DNA from: Candidatus Limnocylindria bacterium
GTDB lineage: Bacteria; Chloroflexota; Limnocylindria; Limnocylindrales; CSP1-4
Length of the DNA stretch: 64,000 bases
Direction of reading: 5' to 3'
Assembly: GCA_035514295.1 (NCBI GenBank)
Contig: DATKBB010000021.1
Location: 74,460 to 138,459 of the forward strand
Shown here: piece by piece, positions 1 through 12,206 of the stretch
Layout of the letters: each line of letters opens with the position of its first letter
How positions within the stretch are numbered: position 1 is the stretch's first letter
Translations under genes and position numbers: made by a program
The notes under the pieces: generated by a model
Database searches by the model: none
What the model was told of the DNA's origin: nothing
The model's input: only the letters and a program-made list of their open reading frames with translations

Positions 1-498
1 CAGATCGCAATCGAAACTGAGCTCGAAGGTCTGCCCGCCTTCCGCACGCTGGGGTCGCGCATGGCGGGTGCCGCCTATAGCGAAGGCTGGGGCCTCTACT
101 CCGAGCGGCTGGCCGACGAGATGGGCCTCTACGCCGACGCCCGCGAGCGGCTGGGCATGCTCGACGCGCAGGCCTGGCGAGCGGCTCGGCTGGTGGTCGA
201 CACCGGCCTGCACGCCTTCCGCTGGACGCGCCAGCAGTCCGTGCAGCTGCTGCGCGACATCGGGCTTTCGCAGGTCGAGGCGGAGACGGAGACGGACCGC
301 TACATCACCTGGCCCGGCCAGGCGCTGGCCTACATGACCGGCATGCGCGAGATCAGCGCCCTGCGCCGCGAGCTGGAGCAGCGCGACGGCGAGCAATTCG
401 ACCTGTCCGGATTCCACGACGCCGTGCTGGGTCACGGCTCGCTGCCGCTGGCCACGCTGCGCCGCGAGCTGCCCGGCTGGGTCAGCCCGCGCGACTGA
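1..498 (+). CDS. DUF885-family protein, C-terminal part (5' end outside window)
   Basis: Frame 1 is open from base 1 (QIAIETELEG...) into tracked ORF 61..498. The translation ...GAAYSEGWGLYSERLADEMGLY...TDRYITWPGQALAYMTG... matches the conserved C-terminal core I recognise from DUF885 proteins. Confidence 0.75.
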   Translation, partial: QIAIETELEGLPAFRTLGSRMAGAAYSEGWGLYSERLADEMGLYADARERLGMLDAQAWRAARLVVDTGLHAFRWTRQQSVQLLRDIGLSQVEAETETDRYITWPGQALAYMTGMREISALRRELEQRDGEQFDLSGFHDAVLGHGSLPLATLRRELPGWVSPRD

Positions 499-505
499 GG
501 GGACG

Positions 506-1141
506 ATGCGGCTGACAATTTTCGGGGCCGGCGGCGGCATCGGCCGGCACGTCGTGCAGGCGGCCCGTCAGGCTGGCCACGAGCTGACGCTGGTCACGCG
601 CGATGCGTCGACGCTGGAGGGCGTGACAGTGTCGGACCGCGTCCTGGAGGGCGACGTGCGGGATGCCGCGCTGGTGGGCCGGGCCGTGGCTGGAGCGGAG
701 GCGGTGGTCAACACCTTGGGTCCGACGAGCAACTCGGCCGACCAGGTGGCGGTCATGGAGGAGTTCACGCGGCACGTGATCGCGGCCATGCAGGCGTCCG
801 GCGTGCGCCGGATCGTCACCCTTTCGGGCGGCGCCGTGAGCGTGGCGGGTCAGCGCAAGGGCCTGGGCGACCGGTTCGCCTCGGCCGTAGTCCGCCTGGC
901 GGCCAGCAACGTCCTGCGCGCCAAGCAGCGCGAGTACGACCTGCTGGCGGCCAGTGACCTGGAGTGGGTCGCGGTCCGGCCCCCACGCGTGACCGACGAG
1001 ACGCCGCGCGGCAGTTACCGCGCCGGCGACGTGGCGCTGGGCCCCCGCTCGCGCATCGGCAAAGCCGACCTGGCCGCCTTCATGCTGGAGCAGCTGACCG
1101 GCGACGCATACCTCCGCCAGGCGCCCTACATCAGCTACTGA
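506..1141 (+). CDS. NAD(P)H-binding atypical SDR / NmrA-like oxidoreductase
   Basis: 211-aa ORF with the N-terminal Rossmann motif MRLTIFGAGGGIGRHVV. A purine-rich GAGGGGA run lies just upstream of ATG 506. Confidence 0.8.
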   Translation: MRLTIFGAGGGIGRHVVQAARQAGHELTLVTRDASTLEGVTVSDRVLEGDVRDAALVGRAVAGAEAVVNTLGPTSNSADQVAVMEEFTRHVIAAMQASGVRRIVTLSGGAVSVAGQRKGLGDRFASAVVRLAASNVLRAKQREYDLLAASDLEWVAVRPPRVTDETPRGSYRAGDVALGPRSRIGKADLAAFMLEQLTGDAYLRQAPYISY

Positions 1142-1179
1142 GCCTCCACGAGGCTCCCGCACCCCGCTAGGCTACGAGC

Positions 1180-2079
1180 GTGGGGTTCGATTGGCTCCTG
1201 GATCAGCTGGCCGTCGCCGCGCTCCTCGAGATCGGCGTCAAGCTGGTGCTGCTGGCACTGGCCACGTTGATCGCGCTTCGCTTCGCGCGGGTGACCGTGC
1301 GGGCCGCGCTGAACCGCCTGTTCGATCGCGAGGCGCGGGAGGGCACGGCGCAGGACGTCAGCGCCATCGAGCTCGAGCGCCGGCGCGACACCCTCGACGG
1401 GCTCATCGCCAACTCCCTGCGCGTGGTCATCCTGATCGTGGCTTTCGTGATGGCGCTGGCCATCGTGCGCCTCGACATCACGCCCGCGATAGCCGGGCTG
1501 GGTATCGCCGGGCTGGCCCTCAGCCTGGGCGCGCAGCACCTCGTGCGCGACTACGTGGCCGGCGCGTTCGTGCTGATCGAGAACCAGTACTCCAAGGGTG
1601 ACGTGGTCAGCGTCGCCGGCGTCAGCGGCACGGTCGAGGACGTCAGCCTGCGCCGGACGACGCTGCGCGACATTGACGGCACCGTCCACCACGTCCCGCA
1701 CGGCCTCATCGCGGTCTCGGGCAACCTGACCCGCTCCTGGGCGCGGATCAATCTGGACCTGCCTGTGCTCTATGGCCAGGACCTCGCGCGGATAGGGCAG
1801 GTTGTCGACGAAGTCGGTCGGACGATGGCCGAATCGGCGGAGTGGCGGGGTCGCATCCTGGAGCCGCCCAGACTGGTGCGGATCGAGAACCTGGGCGACC
1901 AGGGCATGTTGCTGAAGGTGCTCGGCACCGTTCGGGCGGTCGATCGCTGGGACGCCGCCGGCGAAACGCGGCGCCGGTTGCTCGAGACATTCGAGCTCGA
2001 AGGCCTGCACATGGGCTGGCGGCCGCCCGCGCCGCCGGTCGAGACGCCCACAAGCGAGGAAAGCGAGAGGACGAGTTGA
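1180..2079 (+). CDS. small-conductance mechanosensitive channel (MscS family)
   Basis: 299-aa ORF with N-terminal TM helices followed by the MscS beta-domain signature ...[54 protein letters not shown]... The GTG start at 1180 is taken from the track. Confidence 0.8.
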   Translation: MGFDWLLDQLAVAALLEIGVKLVLLALATLIALRFARVTVRAALNRLFDREAREGTAQDVSAIELERRRDTLDGLIANSLRVVILIVAFVMALAIVRLDITPAIAGLGIAGLALSLGAQHLVRDYVAGAFVLIENQYSKGDVVSVAGVSGTVEDVSLRRTTLRDIDGTVHHVPHGLIAVSGNLTRSWARINLDLPVLYGQDLARIGQVVDEVGRTMAESAEWRGRILEPPRLVRIENLGDQGMLLKVLGTVRAVDRWDAAGETRRRLLETFELEGLHMGWRPPAPPVETPTSEESERTS

Positions 2080-2093
2080 CCGACGAGACACGC

Positions 2094-4045
<1,952 letters not shown>

Positions 4046-4049
<4 letters not shown>

Positions 4050-4456
4050 TGGGCAACCTCGAGCTGGCCCGCTGGTACGCGGCGTTGCTCGGGGTGGCGC
4101 TGGTCATCTTCGGGTTCGCCGGCTTCCTGGACAATCCCGTCGTAGGGCGGCCCAGCGCCCAGCCCGTCTTCGTCAGCGGGACGACGCTCAACCTGCTTCA
4201 CGTCGGTGCGGGGGCGGTGGCGCTCTTCGTGGCCTTCGGGCTGACGCCGGAGGGGCTGGTCTGGGGCCTGGCCGGGTTCGGGCTGGGCTTCGCTGCGCTG
4301 CTGCTTGCCTCCATCGTCAGTCCCACGCTGGCGGGCCTGTCGGACGTCCAGCTCAGCAGGGCCGATCAGGCGCTCTACGCCGGCCTGGCCACCCTCAGCG
4401 TGGTCGTCGCCTGGCTGGCTCGCCGGGAAGCCCTGGCGGAACGCGGCTCCGCGTAG
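4046..4456 (+). CDS. small integral membrane protein (DUF4383-like)
   Basis: 136-aa ORF with four hydrophobic helices. Its GTG start overlaps the acs stop (GTGA at 4046-4049), and an alternative ATG lies at 4049. The family assignment is from memory of DUF4383-type sequences only. Confidence 0.6.
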
Positions 4457-4487
4457 GCCCTCAGCTCCAGCGGGCTACCATCCTTTG

Positions 4488-5522
<1,035 letters not shown>

Positions 5523-5608
5523 GCGTGCGGAGGCCGCTCCGACTCTTGCCGCGACGGGTATCCTGAGCGCGCAAACCGGCCGACGAACGAGGGAAGAGGA
5601 GGACACGA

Positions 5609-6403
5609 GTGACCCAGGAACCGCGCGATCCGAACGCGCCGCCGGAGGCGCCTCCGCAGCAGCCTTCGGCTGCGCCACCACCACCGCCTGCCGCCGCGCC
5701 CGCACCGCAGCAGAGCTGGCAATCTCAGGCGCAGCCGCCTGCCGCCGCGCCCCCGCCCCAGCAGAGCTGGCAGTCGCAGCCGCAGCAGCCGGGCGCTCCG
5801 CCAGCCGGTGGCGGCATGCCGCCGGGCGGCGGGATGCCCAGCTGGACATCGAACATCACCGCCTCCGGCACGATCGCCGGTCCAGGCGGGCTGGCGCTGG
5901 CCGACCTTCCCAACCGCATCATCGCCGTGGTGATCGACTTCATCATCATCGGCATCGTCGGCTTTATCGTCGGCGCGATCATCCATCCGATCCTGGGCGA
6001 CCGGATCACGTTCGGCGGGGGTGTCTTCTTCCCCGACGTCGTCGTACCGTCGCTGGTCAGCAGCCTCATCGTGGCGCTGATCATGGCCGCCGTGAGCGCC
6101 GGCTACTTCATCTACATGTGGCTGAAGATGGGCGGCGCAACAGTCGGTATGCGCGTGCTCAAGCTGCAGGTGCGCGACGCCGCCAGCGGCGGCGCGATCA
6201 GCCAGGACCAGGCCATCCGGCGCTGGGCGTTCCTCGCCGGTCCCGCCGCGCTGAACTGGTTCTATGGCTGGGGCCTGGGGTTGATCATCAGCCTGCTCGT
6301 GCTGGGCTACTACATCTATCTGCTCGTAACGACGGCGCAGAGCCCAACCCGCCAGGGACTGCACGACAAGCAGGCCAACACGGTCATCGCCAAGGTCGCC
6401 TAG
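5609..6403 (+). CDS. RDD-family membrane protein with Pro/Gln-rich repetitive N-terminus
   Basis: GTG start preceded by GGAAGAGGAGG. The N-terminal 90 aa are low-complexity P/A/Q repeats. The C-terminal part (LPNRIIAVVIDFIIIGIVGF...YFIYMWLKMGGATVGMRVLKL...RQGLHDKQANTVI) resembles an RDD domain. Confidence 0.75.
   Translation: MTQEPRDPNAPPEAPPQQPSAAPPPPPAAAPAPQQSWQSQAQPPAAAPPPQQSWQSQPQQPGAPPAGGGMPPGGGMPSWTSNITASGTIAGPGGLALADLPNRIIAVVIDFIIIGIVGFIVGAIIHPILGDRITFGGGVFFPDVVVPSLVSSLIVALIMAAVSAGYFIYMWLKMGGATVGMRVLKLQVRDAASGGAISQDQAIRRWAFLAGPAALNWFYGWGLGLIISLLVLGYYIYLLVTTAQSPTRQGLHDKQANTVIAKVA
5684..5785 (+). repeat. tandem 51-nt duplication inside the RDD gene
   Basis: Unit 5684-5734 (ccgcctgccgccgcgcccgcaccgcagcagagctggcaatctcaggcgcag) is followed directly by a near-identical unit at 5735-5785. 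Together they encode PPAAAPAPQQSWQSQAQ / PPAAAPPPQQSWQSQPQ. Confidence 0.85.
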
Positions 6404-6437
6404 CGCAAGTCCCCGACGTCCATTCGAGAAGCACCAG

Positions 6438-6473
6438 GACCCCGCCCCTTTCCGGGGGGCGGGGTCTTCACTT
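6438..6473 (+). terminator. intrinsic-terminator-like hairpin after the RDD gene
   Basis: An 11-bp perfect GC stem, GACCCCGCCCC (6438-6448) / GGGGCGGGGTC (6456-6466), with loop tttccgg, followed by ttcactt. It lies about 35 nt after the stop at 6403. Confidence 0.6.
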
Positions 6474-6532
6474 GTCCGGCGTTGGGCGGCGCCCGCTCGC
6501 CGCTCGGCCGGCGCACGCACAGGGCCCGCGGG

Positions 6533-6607
6533 TTATCCACCACTCGTCCACAGTGTGGGCAAACTTCGTGGATGGGCGGCGCGGCTCTCGGCCAACTCCG
6601 TGGATAA
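6533..6607. promoter_or_regulatory. cluster of five DnaA-box-like 9-mers
   Basis: TTATCCACC (6533-6541), TCGTCCACA (6544-6552), TGTGGGCAA (6554-6562, = TTGCCCACA on -), CGTGGATGG (6567-6575, = CCATCCACG on -), CGTGGATAA (6599-6607, = TTATCCACG on -). The consensus used is TTATCCACA / TTGTCCACA. Confidence 0.45.
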
Positions 6608-6772
6608 GCGCGTTGACCCTGCGCCCCCGCGGCCTTAACTTAGGTCTTGCCCGGAGGGGCCGCTAGAGATCAGACACCGAGATCACATCAAGGTGATTGA
6701 GCTCTTGGCAGGCTTCTTCGGGCGTTCTGTTGTCCGGCGCCGAGTTCGCGGGTGGGCTATCGTCCCTAGCCA

Positions 6773-7615
6773 ATGACCCAGACTCCTCCGGCACCCTACT
6801 CTCAGCGCCTCGACGAACTCGAGGCCGCGGTTCGGCTGCGCTCGGACCTTTGTCCGCGGCTGGGCATCGTCCTGGGCTCCGGCCTGGGCGACCTGACCGA
6901 CGCGCTGGAAGTGGCCGCTGCCATTCCCTTCGCTGAGCTGCCCGGCTGGCCGGCAGCCTCTGCGCCGGGTCATGCTGGGCGGCTGCTGCTCGGACGGCTC
7001 GAAGGCGTGCCGGTGGCCTGCATGCAGGGACGCCTGCACATGTACGAGGGCCACGGGCCGCGCTTGATCGTCGAGCCTGTGCTGCTGATGGGAAGGCTGG
7101 GCGCTGAGTCGGTCGTGCTGACGAACGCCGCCGGCGGCATCAACGAGAGCTACTCGGTCGGCACGCTGATGGTCATCGCGGACCATCTCAACCTGACCGG
7201 AGAGAACCCACTGCTGGGCCCCAACGACGACGCGCTGGGCGAACGATTTCCAGACCTGGTCGGCGCCTGGAGCCCGGCTCTTCGCCGGCGGATGCGTCAG
7301 GCGGCGGCGCAGGAGGGGATTCGGCTCGAGGAGGGCGTCTACGCCGGCTTGACCGGTCCCAGCTATGAGACCCCGGCGGAGGTCCGGATGCTGCGCGCCC
7401 TGGGCGCCGACGCTGTGGGCATGTCGACGGTGATGGAGGCCATCGCGGCGCGTTGGGCGGGCATCGAGCTGTCCGGCCTGTCGCTGATAACAAACCACGC
7501 TGCGGGCGTGACCGGCGAGGCGTTGACCCACGATGAAGTGCTGACGGCGGCCGAGGCGGCCGGTCCCCAGCTCAGCGCGCTCCTACGCCACTACGTGCGC
7601 TCGCTGGCGGAGTAG
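6773..7615 (+). CDS. punA: purine nucleoside phosphorylase (trimeric PNP/MTAP family)
   Basis: 280-aa ORF with family blocks ...GHAGRLLLGRLEGVPVACMQGRLHMYEGH..., VLTNAAGGIN and LTGPSYETPAEVRMLRALGADAVGMST. Confidence 0.9.
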   Translation: MTQTPPAPYSQRLDELEAAVRLRSDLCPRLGIVLGSGLGDLTDALEVAAAIPFAELPGWPAASAPGHAGRLLLGRLEGVPVACMQGRLHMYEGHGPRLIVEPVLLMGRLGAESVVLTNAAGGINESYSVGTLMVIADHLNLTGENPLLGPNDDALGERFPDLVGAWSPALRRRMRQAAAQEGIRLEEGVYAGLTGPSYETPAEVRMLRALGADAVGMSTVMEAIAARWAGIELSGLSLITNHAAGVTGEALTHDEVLTAAEAAGPQLSALLRHYVRSLAE

Positions 7616-7623
7616 CGCTGCGG

Positions 7624-8496
7624 CTAGAGGGTGGGCAGCTCCCGGCCGGCGGCCTTGGCGGCGGCCTTCTTCTCGGCCCAGGCAGCAAGGACGTTGTCCT
7701 TGTGTGGCCGGATTGGGCAGTGCTCGTCCCGATTGCGGTCCTCGTCGCAGTAGCCCAGCGGCACGCACTTGGGTGCCAGGAACGAACCCATGAAGGGACT
7801 TACGCTGAAGACCTCGTGGCGAATCAGCTGGAACAGCCGGCGGATCTCCCACTGCGCCATCGTGCACAGGCGCAGGCCGGCCATGTGGATCAGCGCGCGC
7901 AGATTGGCGGTCATGATCAGGTTAGTGCGCGTCGCGTTGGGCATCACGAAGCGGGCGTCCTCGCCCGGGATGCCGGCCTCCAGCATCTCGCCGTAGAAGG
8001 CCAGCGATTCGTCCATCTCGGCGCTGAAGCGGTTCTTGATCTCGGGCGCTGCGTCCTGCAGTGAGCCGGGCACCATGTAGGAAGGTCGCTTGTAGTTCAG
8101 GTAGCGCTGACTCTGCTGGTCGAAGGCCACCCCGGCGCGGTGCCGGACCAGCTGGTGAGAGAGCGTGCGGGTGACGCCGCTGATAGCAAAGGTGAACACG
8201 ATGTGCTCGATGGTCGAGCCGTGCCCCGACTCGATCACCCGCCGGATCAGGTCCTGCTGCTTGTCGGTGGCCACCTGGCCGCTCGTCGCACGCTCGAAAA
8301 TGTCCTGCGGCTCTAGCTCGGAGTAGCACGTCCGGCAGGCGGTGTAGATCAAGGGCAGGTAGTACTGCTGCGCGATCTCCCGGGTGGGGAAGAGCAACGT
8401 GGCGCGCATGCCCAGGTCGCGCGTGGCCGGGCTCTTGGGCGTGGCCGGTTTGGGCGGATCGGCGCTGACGGGCGGCGGCGCGGGTTCGACTGCCAT
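7624..8496 (-). CDS. thyX: FAD-dependent thymidylate synthase ThyX
   Basis: 290-aa ORF containing a ThyX-type motif, LVRHRAGVAFDQQSQRY, and the GSTIEH block. It is convergent with the PNP gene, with 8 nt between the stops. Confidence 0.92.
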   Translation of the reverse strand: MAVEPAPPPVSADPPKPATPKSPATRDLGMRATLLFPTREIAQQYYLPLIYTACRTCYSELEPQDIFERATSGQVATDKQQDLIRRVIESGHGSTIEHIVFTFAISGVTRTLSHQLVRHRAGVAFDQQSQRYLNYKRPSYMVPGSLQDAAPEIKNRFSAEMDESLAFYGEMLEAGIPGEDARFVMPNATRTNLIMTANLRALIHMAGLRLCTMAQWEIRRLFQLIRHEVFSVSPFMGSFLAPKCVPLGYCDEDRNRDEHCPIRPHKDNVLAAWAEKKAAAKAAGRELPTL

Positions 8497-8575
8497 GCTC
8501 GCCCTAGGTTAGTGCCGCGGCGGCCGGGCTGCTGGACGGCCCCGCGGGTCGGCGTCTACGGCGGAAGGCGGGTTT

Positions 8576-9304
8576 TCAGCGAATGCCAGTGTCGTAGAGA
8601 AGCATCAGCCTGGTCTCCGAGCCCTCGGTCGCCGAGAACGCGACGGCCGGGGCTGTTCCCAGCAGGCCCTCGGCGGGCTGCGGTTCCAGGTAATAGGCGC
8701 CCGCCGGCAGCTGGAGCGCGAGCATTCCCTCGGCATCCGATTTGCCTCGTCCCGCTTCGCCGCCGGTCGGCGTTCGCACGACGACCTGGGCGCCGGCGAC
8801 TGGCCTCGGCGCGCAGGCCGGGTCGGGCGGTTCCGTCTCAACAGGGCAGGTTGGGCCGGCGCGCAGGCTGAGCAGCACGTGCGCCGGACCCGTGCCGGGC
8901 CGCGGACGGGCTTCGTCCGGGACCTGCGGGCCGCTCTCGTCGATGAGGGCAATGGTGCCTTCGCGGCCGACGGCGTACTGCCAGCGGTGGCGCTCGATGC
9001 AACCCGCCTGACAGTCGCCCCAGCCCAGCTCGACGTTCACCTCGAAGGCATCGCCGGCCTCGTTGGCCTCGTACCAGCAGCACTGTCCGAGAAGCTGCGG
9101 GTTGAGCGGACCGATGCCGGCGAAGAGGGGTTCAGAGGCGAGCACGAGGGCCGCGGCCTGGGCCGCCGAGCTCACGACGGTCGGGCTGGGCAAGGGTGGC
9201 TCGCTGGCCGGCGAGGGAGACGCAGCCGGTCCAGCGCAGCCAACCATGTACAGGCATCCGAGCAGCGCGAGCACCGGCCCGGCCAACCTCGCGCGACCGA
9301 CCAT
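8576..9304 (-). CDS. putative lipoprotein with Cys-rich domain and CarboxypepD_reg-like C-terminus
   Basis: I chose the start at ATG 9304 (MVGRARLAGPVLALLGC...), which gives a signal peptide with lipobox LLGC. The C-terminal AQVVVRTPTGGEAGRGKSDAEGMLALQLPAGAYYLEP resembles a carboxypeptidase-regulatory-like beta-sandwich. Function is unknown. Confidence 0.55.
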   Translation of the reverse strand: MVGRARLAGPVLALLGCLYMVGCAGPAASPSPASEPPLPSPTVVSSAAQAAALVLASEPLFAGIGPLNPQLLGQCCWYEANEAGDAFEVNVELGWGDCQAGCIERHRWQYAVGREGTIALIDESGPQVPDEARPRPGTGPAHVLLSLRAGPTCPVETEPPDPACAPRPVAGAQVVVRTPTGGEAGRGKSDAEGMLALQLPAGAYYLEPQPAEGLLGTAPAVAFSATEGSETRLMLLYDTGIR

Positions 9305-9368
9305 GGGAGGTGGACGTGCGCCGGCACGCGGCGGTTCCACGTGTCGGCCAGGGTCCACCACGGCTAGA

Positions 9369-9839
9369 GTGAGCTCGTCCTTGCAGCAGGAGGGCAGGTT
9401 GGGCCTGGACGCGGCCGTGCAGGAGAGTTTCCGACGTTCGTTCGCGCTGTACCGCGATCTGGCCGGCGAGCTGGAGCGCGAGGCGCTGTCGTCGCGACTG
9501 GCTGGGCTGCCTTCGAACACGATCGGGGCCCAGCTATGGTGCGTCGTGGGCGCACGCGAGAGCTATAGCCGCGCGATCCCGGAGGGCGGCTGGTCCGGTT
9601 TCTCGTGCTCGCTGTCCGATCCGCTGGACGCCGTCCTGGTCCGCCAGTCTCTGGCTCGTTCGGCGGAGGCCGTGACGGCCGTGCTGGACGCCCTCGAGTC
9701 GTTCGACGAAGCGCGAGCACGTCTGTTAATGGACCTCCTGGAGCACGAGGCGCAGCACCAGGGTCAACTGATCCGCTACCTCTACGCGCTGGGACTCGAA
9801 ATTCCAGCCAGCTGGCGGGAAAGGTACGCGCTCGGCTAG
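9369..9839 (+). CDS. DinB-family (four-helix-bundle) protein
   Basis: This is the C-terminal 156 codons of tracked ORF 9063..9839. I chose the start at in-frame GTG 9369, because the upstream part is antisense to the lipoprotein gene. The C-terminal LLMDLLEHEAQHQGQLIRYLYALG is typical of DinB-like proteins. Confidence 0.6.
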   Translation: MSSSLQQEGRLGLDAAVQESFRRSFALYRDLAGELEREALSSRLAGLPSNTIGAQLWCVVGARESYSRAIPEGGWSGFSCSLSDPLDAVLVRQSLARSAEAVTAVLDALESFDEARARLLMDLLEHEAQHQGQLIRYLYALGLEIPASWRERYALG

Positions 9840-9889
9840 GTTTCGAAGCGAAGCTACCCGCCACCCGCCGCCTGTGGCATGCTCGTGAC

Positions 9890-10441
9890 ATGGACCTGCG
9901 CCGTTTCCTGAATCTCGGCGGCATCCAGCCTGTCTCGCGCCCGCCCGTCGACGAATCGGAGACTGCCACCGTGCGGCGGATCATGGCCGAGCTCGAAGCT
10001 CTCGAGCCGGAGCAGCGGCGACACCTTGCCGGCTTCGCCTACATCCTGACCCGTGCCGCCCACGCCGACCTGCACATCTCCGACAACGAAAGCCGGCTGA
10101 TGGAGCAAATCGTGATGGAGATCGGCAAGCTACCGCAGTCGCAGGCAGTGCTCGTCGTGGAGATCGCCAAGCACCAGACGCAGCTCTACGGCGCCACCGA
10201 GGACTACCTCGTCACGCGCGAGTTCGCCAAGCGAGCGACCGAGGAGCAGCGCATCGCCCTCGTCGAGGCCTGCTTCGCCGTCGTTGCCGCCGATCACACG
10301 ATCACCGCCGAGGAGTACGCCGAGCTGACCCAGATCGCGCGCGAGCTGGACCTGTCACGCGAGCAGCTCAACGTCATCCGGCGCGAGTATCGCGAGCACC
10401 TCGCCGCCATCCAGCACATGCGCGGGTCGGTGCGCGGCTGA
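9890..10441 (+). CDS. TerB-like (tellurite-resistance TerB family) protein
   Basis: Start at ATG 9890 (MDLRRFLNLGG...). The helical protein has the TerB-like pattern ...LAGFAYILTRAAHADLHISDNESRLMEQIV... and ...ACFAVVAADHTITAEEYAELTQIAREL... Assignment is from pattern memory. Confidence 0.55.
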   Translation: MDLRRFLNLGGIQPVSRPPVDESETATVRRIMAELEALEPEQRRHLAGFAYILTRAAHADLHISDNESRLMEQIVMEIGKLPQSQAVLVVEIAKHQTQLYGATEDYLVTREFAKRATEEQRIALVEACFAVVAADHTITAEEYAELTQIARELDLSREQLNVIRREYREHLAAIQHMRGSVRG

Positions 10442-10456
10442 CGGCCCGCGCGGCGC

Positions 10457-11176
10457 TCAGTCCGGCGGGGCGGGCGTAGCCGGCGTCCGCGCCGCGTCCG
10501 CCCCGGGCAGGAATAGGAAGCGATAGGCGACGGCGGCCACGGCCGCGCCGAGCAGCGGCCCGATCACCCACACGTAGGCGTCGTCCCAGACGCCGGTGAC
10601 GGCCGCCGGCCCGAACCAGCGGGCGGGGTTCAATGCCGCACCGGTCAGCGGACCGCCCATCATGATGGCCGCCCCGACCGCCAGGCCGATGGCCAGGCCG
10701 CCCACCTTGGGGCCGCGCGGGTCGATAGCAGTGCCGAAGACGGCCACCAGCAGCACGATGGTCAGGACGACCTCGATGCCGATGCCGGCCAGGGGTTCGA
10801 TGCCCTGGCCCAGCGCCGGCGTACCAAGGCCGACGGAGACGTCGGCGGGAAAGACGGCACGCAGCGACCAGGCCGCCAGGATGCCGCCGATCAGCTGGGC
10901 CAGCACGTATGCGACTGCACGGCGGGCAGGGATGTGGCCGGCGATCCACACACCGAAGGTGACGGCCGGGTTGAAATGGGCGCCCGAAACGGCACCCAGG
11001 GCACTGACCAGCACAGCCAGCACGAGGCCATGGGCCAGCGCCACGACGATCAGGCCGGGCGAGTCCTGGCCGACGAACGAGCTCCAGTCCACGAGGGCGG
11101 CCGAGCCGATGCCCACGAACAGGAACAGGAAGGTCCCGCCGGCTTCGGCAATGACGGCGTTCCAGGCGTTACGCAT
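10457..11176 (-). CDS. aqpZ: aquaporin / MIP-family channel
   Basis: Two NPA boxes (SGAHFNPAVTF and GAALNPARWFGP) and six TM helices. I chose the start at ATG 11176 (MRNAWNAVIAEAGGTFLF...), which is preceded by GGGAGAGG. Confidence 0.9.
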   Translation of the reverse strand: MRNAWNAVIAEAGGTFLFLFVGIGSAALVDWSSFVGQDSPGLIVVALAHGLVLAVLVSALGAVSGAHFNPAVTFGVWIAGHIPARRAVAYVLAQLIGGILAAWSLRAVFPADVSVGLGTPALGQGIEPLAGIGIEVVLTIVLLVAVFGTAIDPRGPKVGGLAIGLAVGAAIMMGGPLTGAALNPARWFGPAAVTGVWDDAYVWVIGPLLGAAVAAVAYRFLFLPGADAARTPATPAPPD

Positions 11177-11274
11177 ATGTGCCTCTCCCATCGAGCCCGG
11201 CGCGCGAACAGCGCAGCCGCGGCTTGCTTGCCACTGCATACTACGCATGCTCACCCGTCACATGTGGGAAGTTG

Positions 11275-12192
11275 ATGACAGCTCTACGACTGGCCGGGCG
11301 CTCCGCCAACCGGCCAAGTCCGTTAGCCGTGCGCAGCGAAGACAGGCTGTTGCACCTGCGCGACGGCCGCAGGCTGGGCTACGCCGAGTACGGCGACCCC
11401 GCCGGTAGCCCGCTGATCTATTTCCACGGCCTGGGCAGCACCCGCGTGACCTGCCCGCCCGATGACGGCTCTGCGCGGGACCTGGGTGTACGCCTGGTGG
11501 CCGTAGACCGGCCGGGCGTGGGCCTGTCCGACCCGCAGCCCGGCCGGCGCCTGCTCGACTGGCCCATGGACGTGCTCCAGCTGGCCGACCAGCTGGACAT
11601 CGGGCGCTTCTCGGTCGTGGGCTGGTCCGGCGGTGGCCCGTACGCCGCGGCCTGCGGCTACCTGCTGCCCGACCGCGTACGGGCGGTCGGCCTGGTCAGC
11701 GCCCCGGCGCCGCTCTCCGGTGTGCCCGCCGCCCAGTACCTGCGCCGGTTCGATCGCACCGCTGCCCGCGCCGCCGGCCGGGCACCCTGGATGATCCGCC
11801 TGGCGCTCTGGCATTGGGGCCGGCCCCAGCGCCGCGACCCAGTGCGTTTCTTTGACGATTCGCTGGCCGACATGATCGAGGCCGACCAGCTGGTCCTCTC
11901 GCAGCCGCACGTTCGCGTGCAGATGATCGCGAACTCGGACGAGCTCTACAGGCAGGGCGGCCGGGGCATGTACGACGAGGCGCTGGTGCTCGCTCGGCGA
12001 TGGGGCTTCCGGCCCGAGGACGTGCGCGTGCCGGTGCACATCTGGCACGGCGAGCAGGACCGTACCGTGCCCGTGGAGATGGCCCACTACCTGGCCCGTG
12101 CAATCCCCGGCGCGCAGGCAACGTTCTACGCCAGGGAAGGCCATCACCTGCTCTTCGGCCGCTGGCCCACCATCCTGAGCGCGCTGCGCTAG
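11275..12192 (+). CDS. alpha/beta-fold hydrolase
   Basis: Start at ATG 11275 (MTALRLAG...). Features are the oxyanion region LIYFHGLGSTR, the nucleophile elbow VVGWSGGGPYA and a C-terminal His region (EGHHLLF). Confidence 0.8.
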   Translation: MTALRLAGRSANRPSPLAVRSEDRLLHLRDGRRLGYAEYGDPAGSPLIYFHGLGSTRVTCPPDDGSARDLGVRLVAVDRPGVGLSDPQPGRRLLDWPMDVLQLADQLDIGRFSVVGWSGGGPYAAACGYLLPDRVRAVGLVSAPAPLSGVPAAQYLRRFDRTAARAAGRAPWMIRLALWHWGRPQRRDPVRFFDDSLADMIEADQLVLSQPHVRVQMIANSDELYRQGGRGMYDEALVLARRWGFRPEDVRVPVHIWHGEQDRTVPVEMAHYLARAIPGAQATFYAREGHHLLFGRWPTILSALR

Positions 12193-12206
12193 GCTCGCAG
12201 CGGGGT

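Noticed and set aside
1180-1200. tRNA-like T-loop sequence GGGGTTCGATTGG.
   Set aside because: There is no complementary T-stem or acceptor stem around it, and it coincides with the first codons of the MscS gene. I saw no other tRNA- or rRNA-like sequence in the window.
6404-6772. The DnaA-box cluster region as the chromosomal replication origin (oriC).
   Set aside because: There is no dnaA, dnaN, rpmH, parAB or gidAB nearby. There is no clearly AT-rich unwinding element; the least GC-rich stretch, around 6640-6720, is only moderately so. Gene orientation does not switch here, and a second similar cluster exists 43 kb away. This cannot be fully excluded without a genome-wide view.
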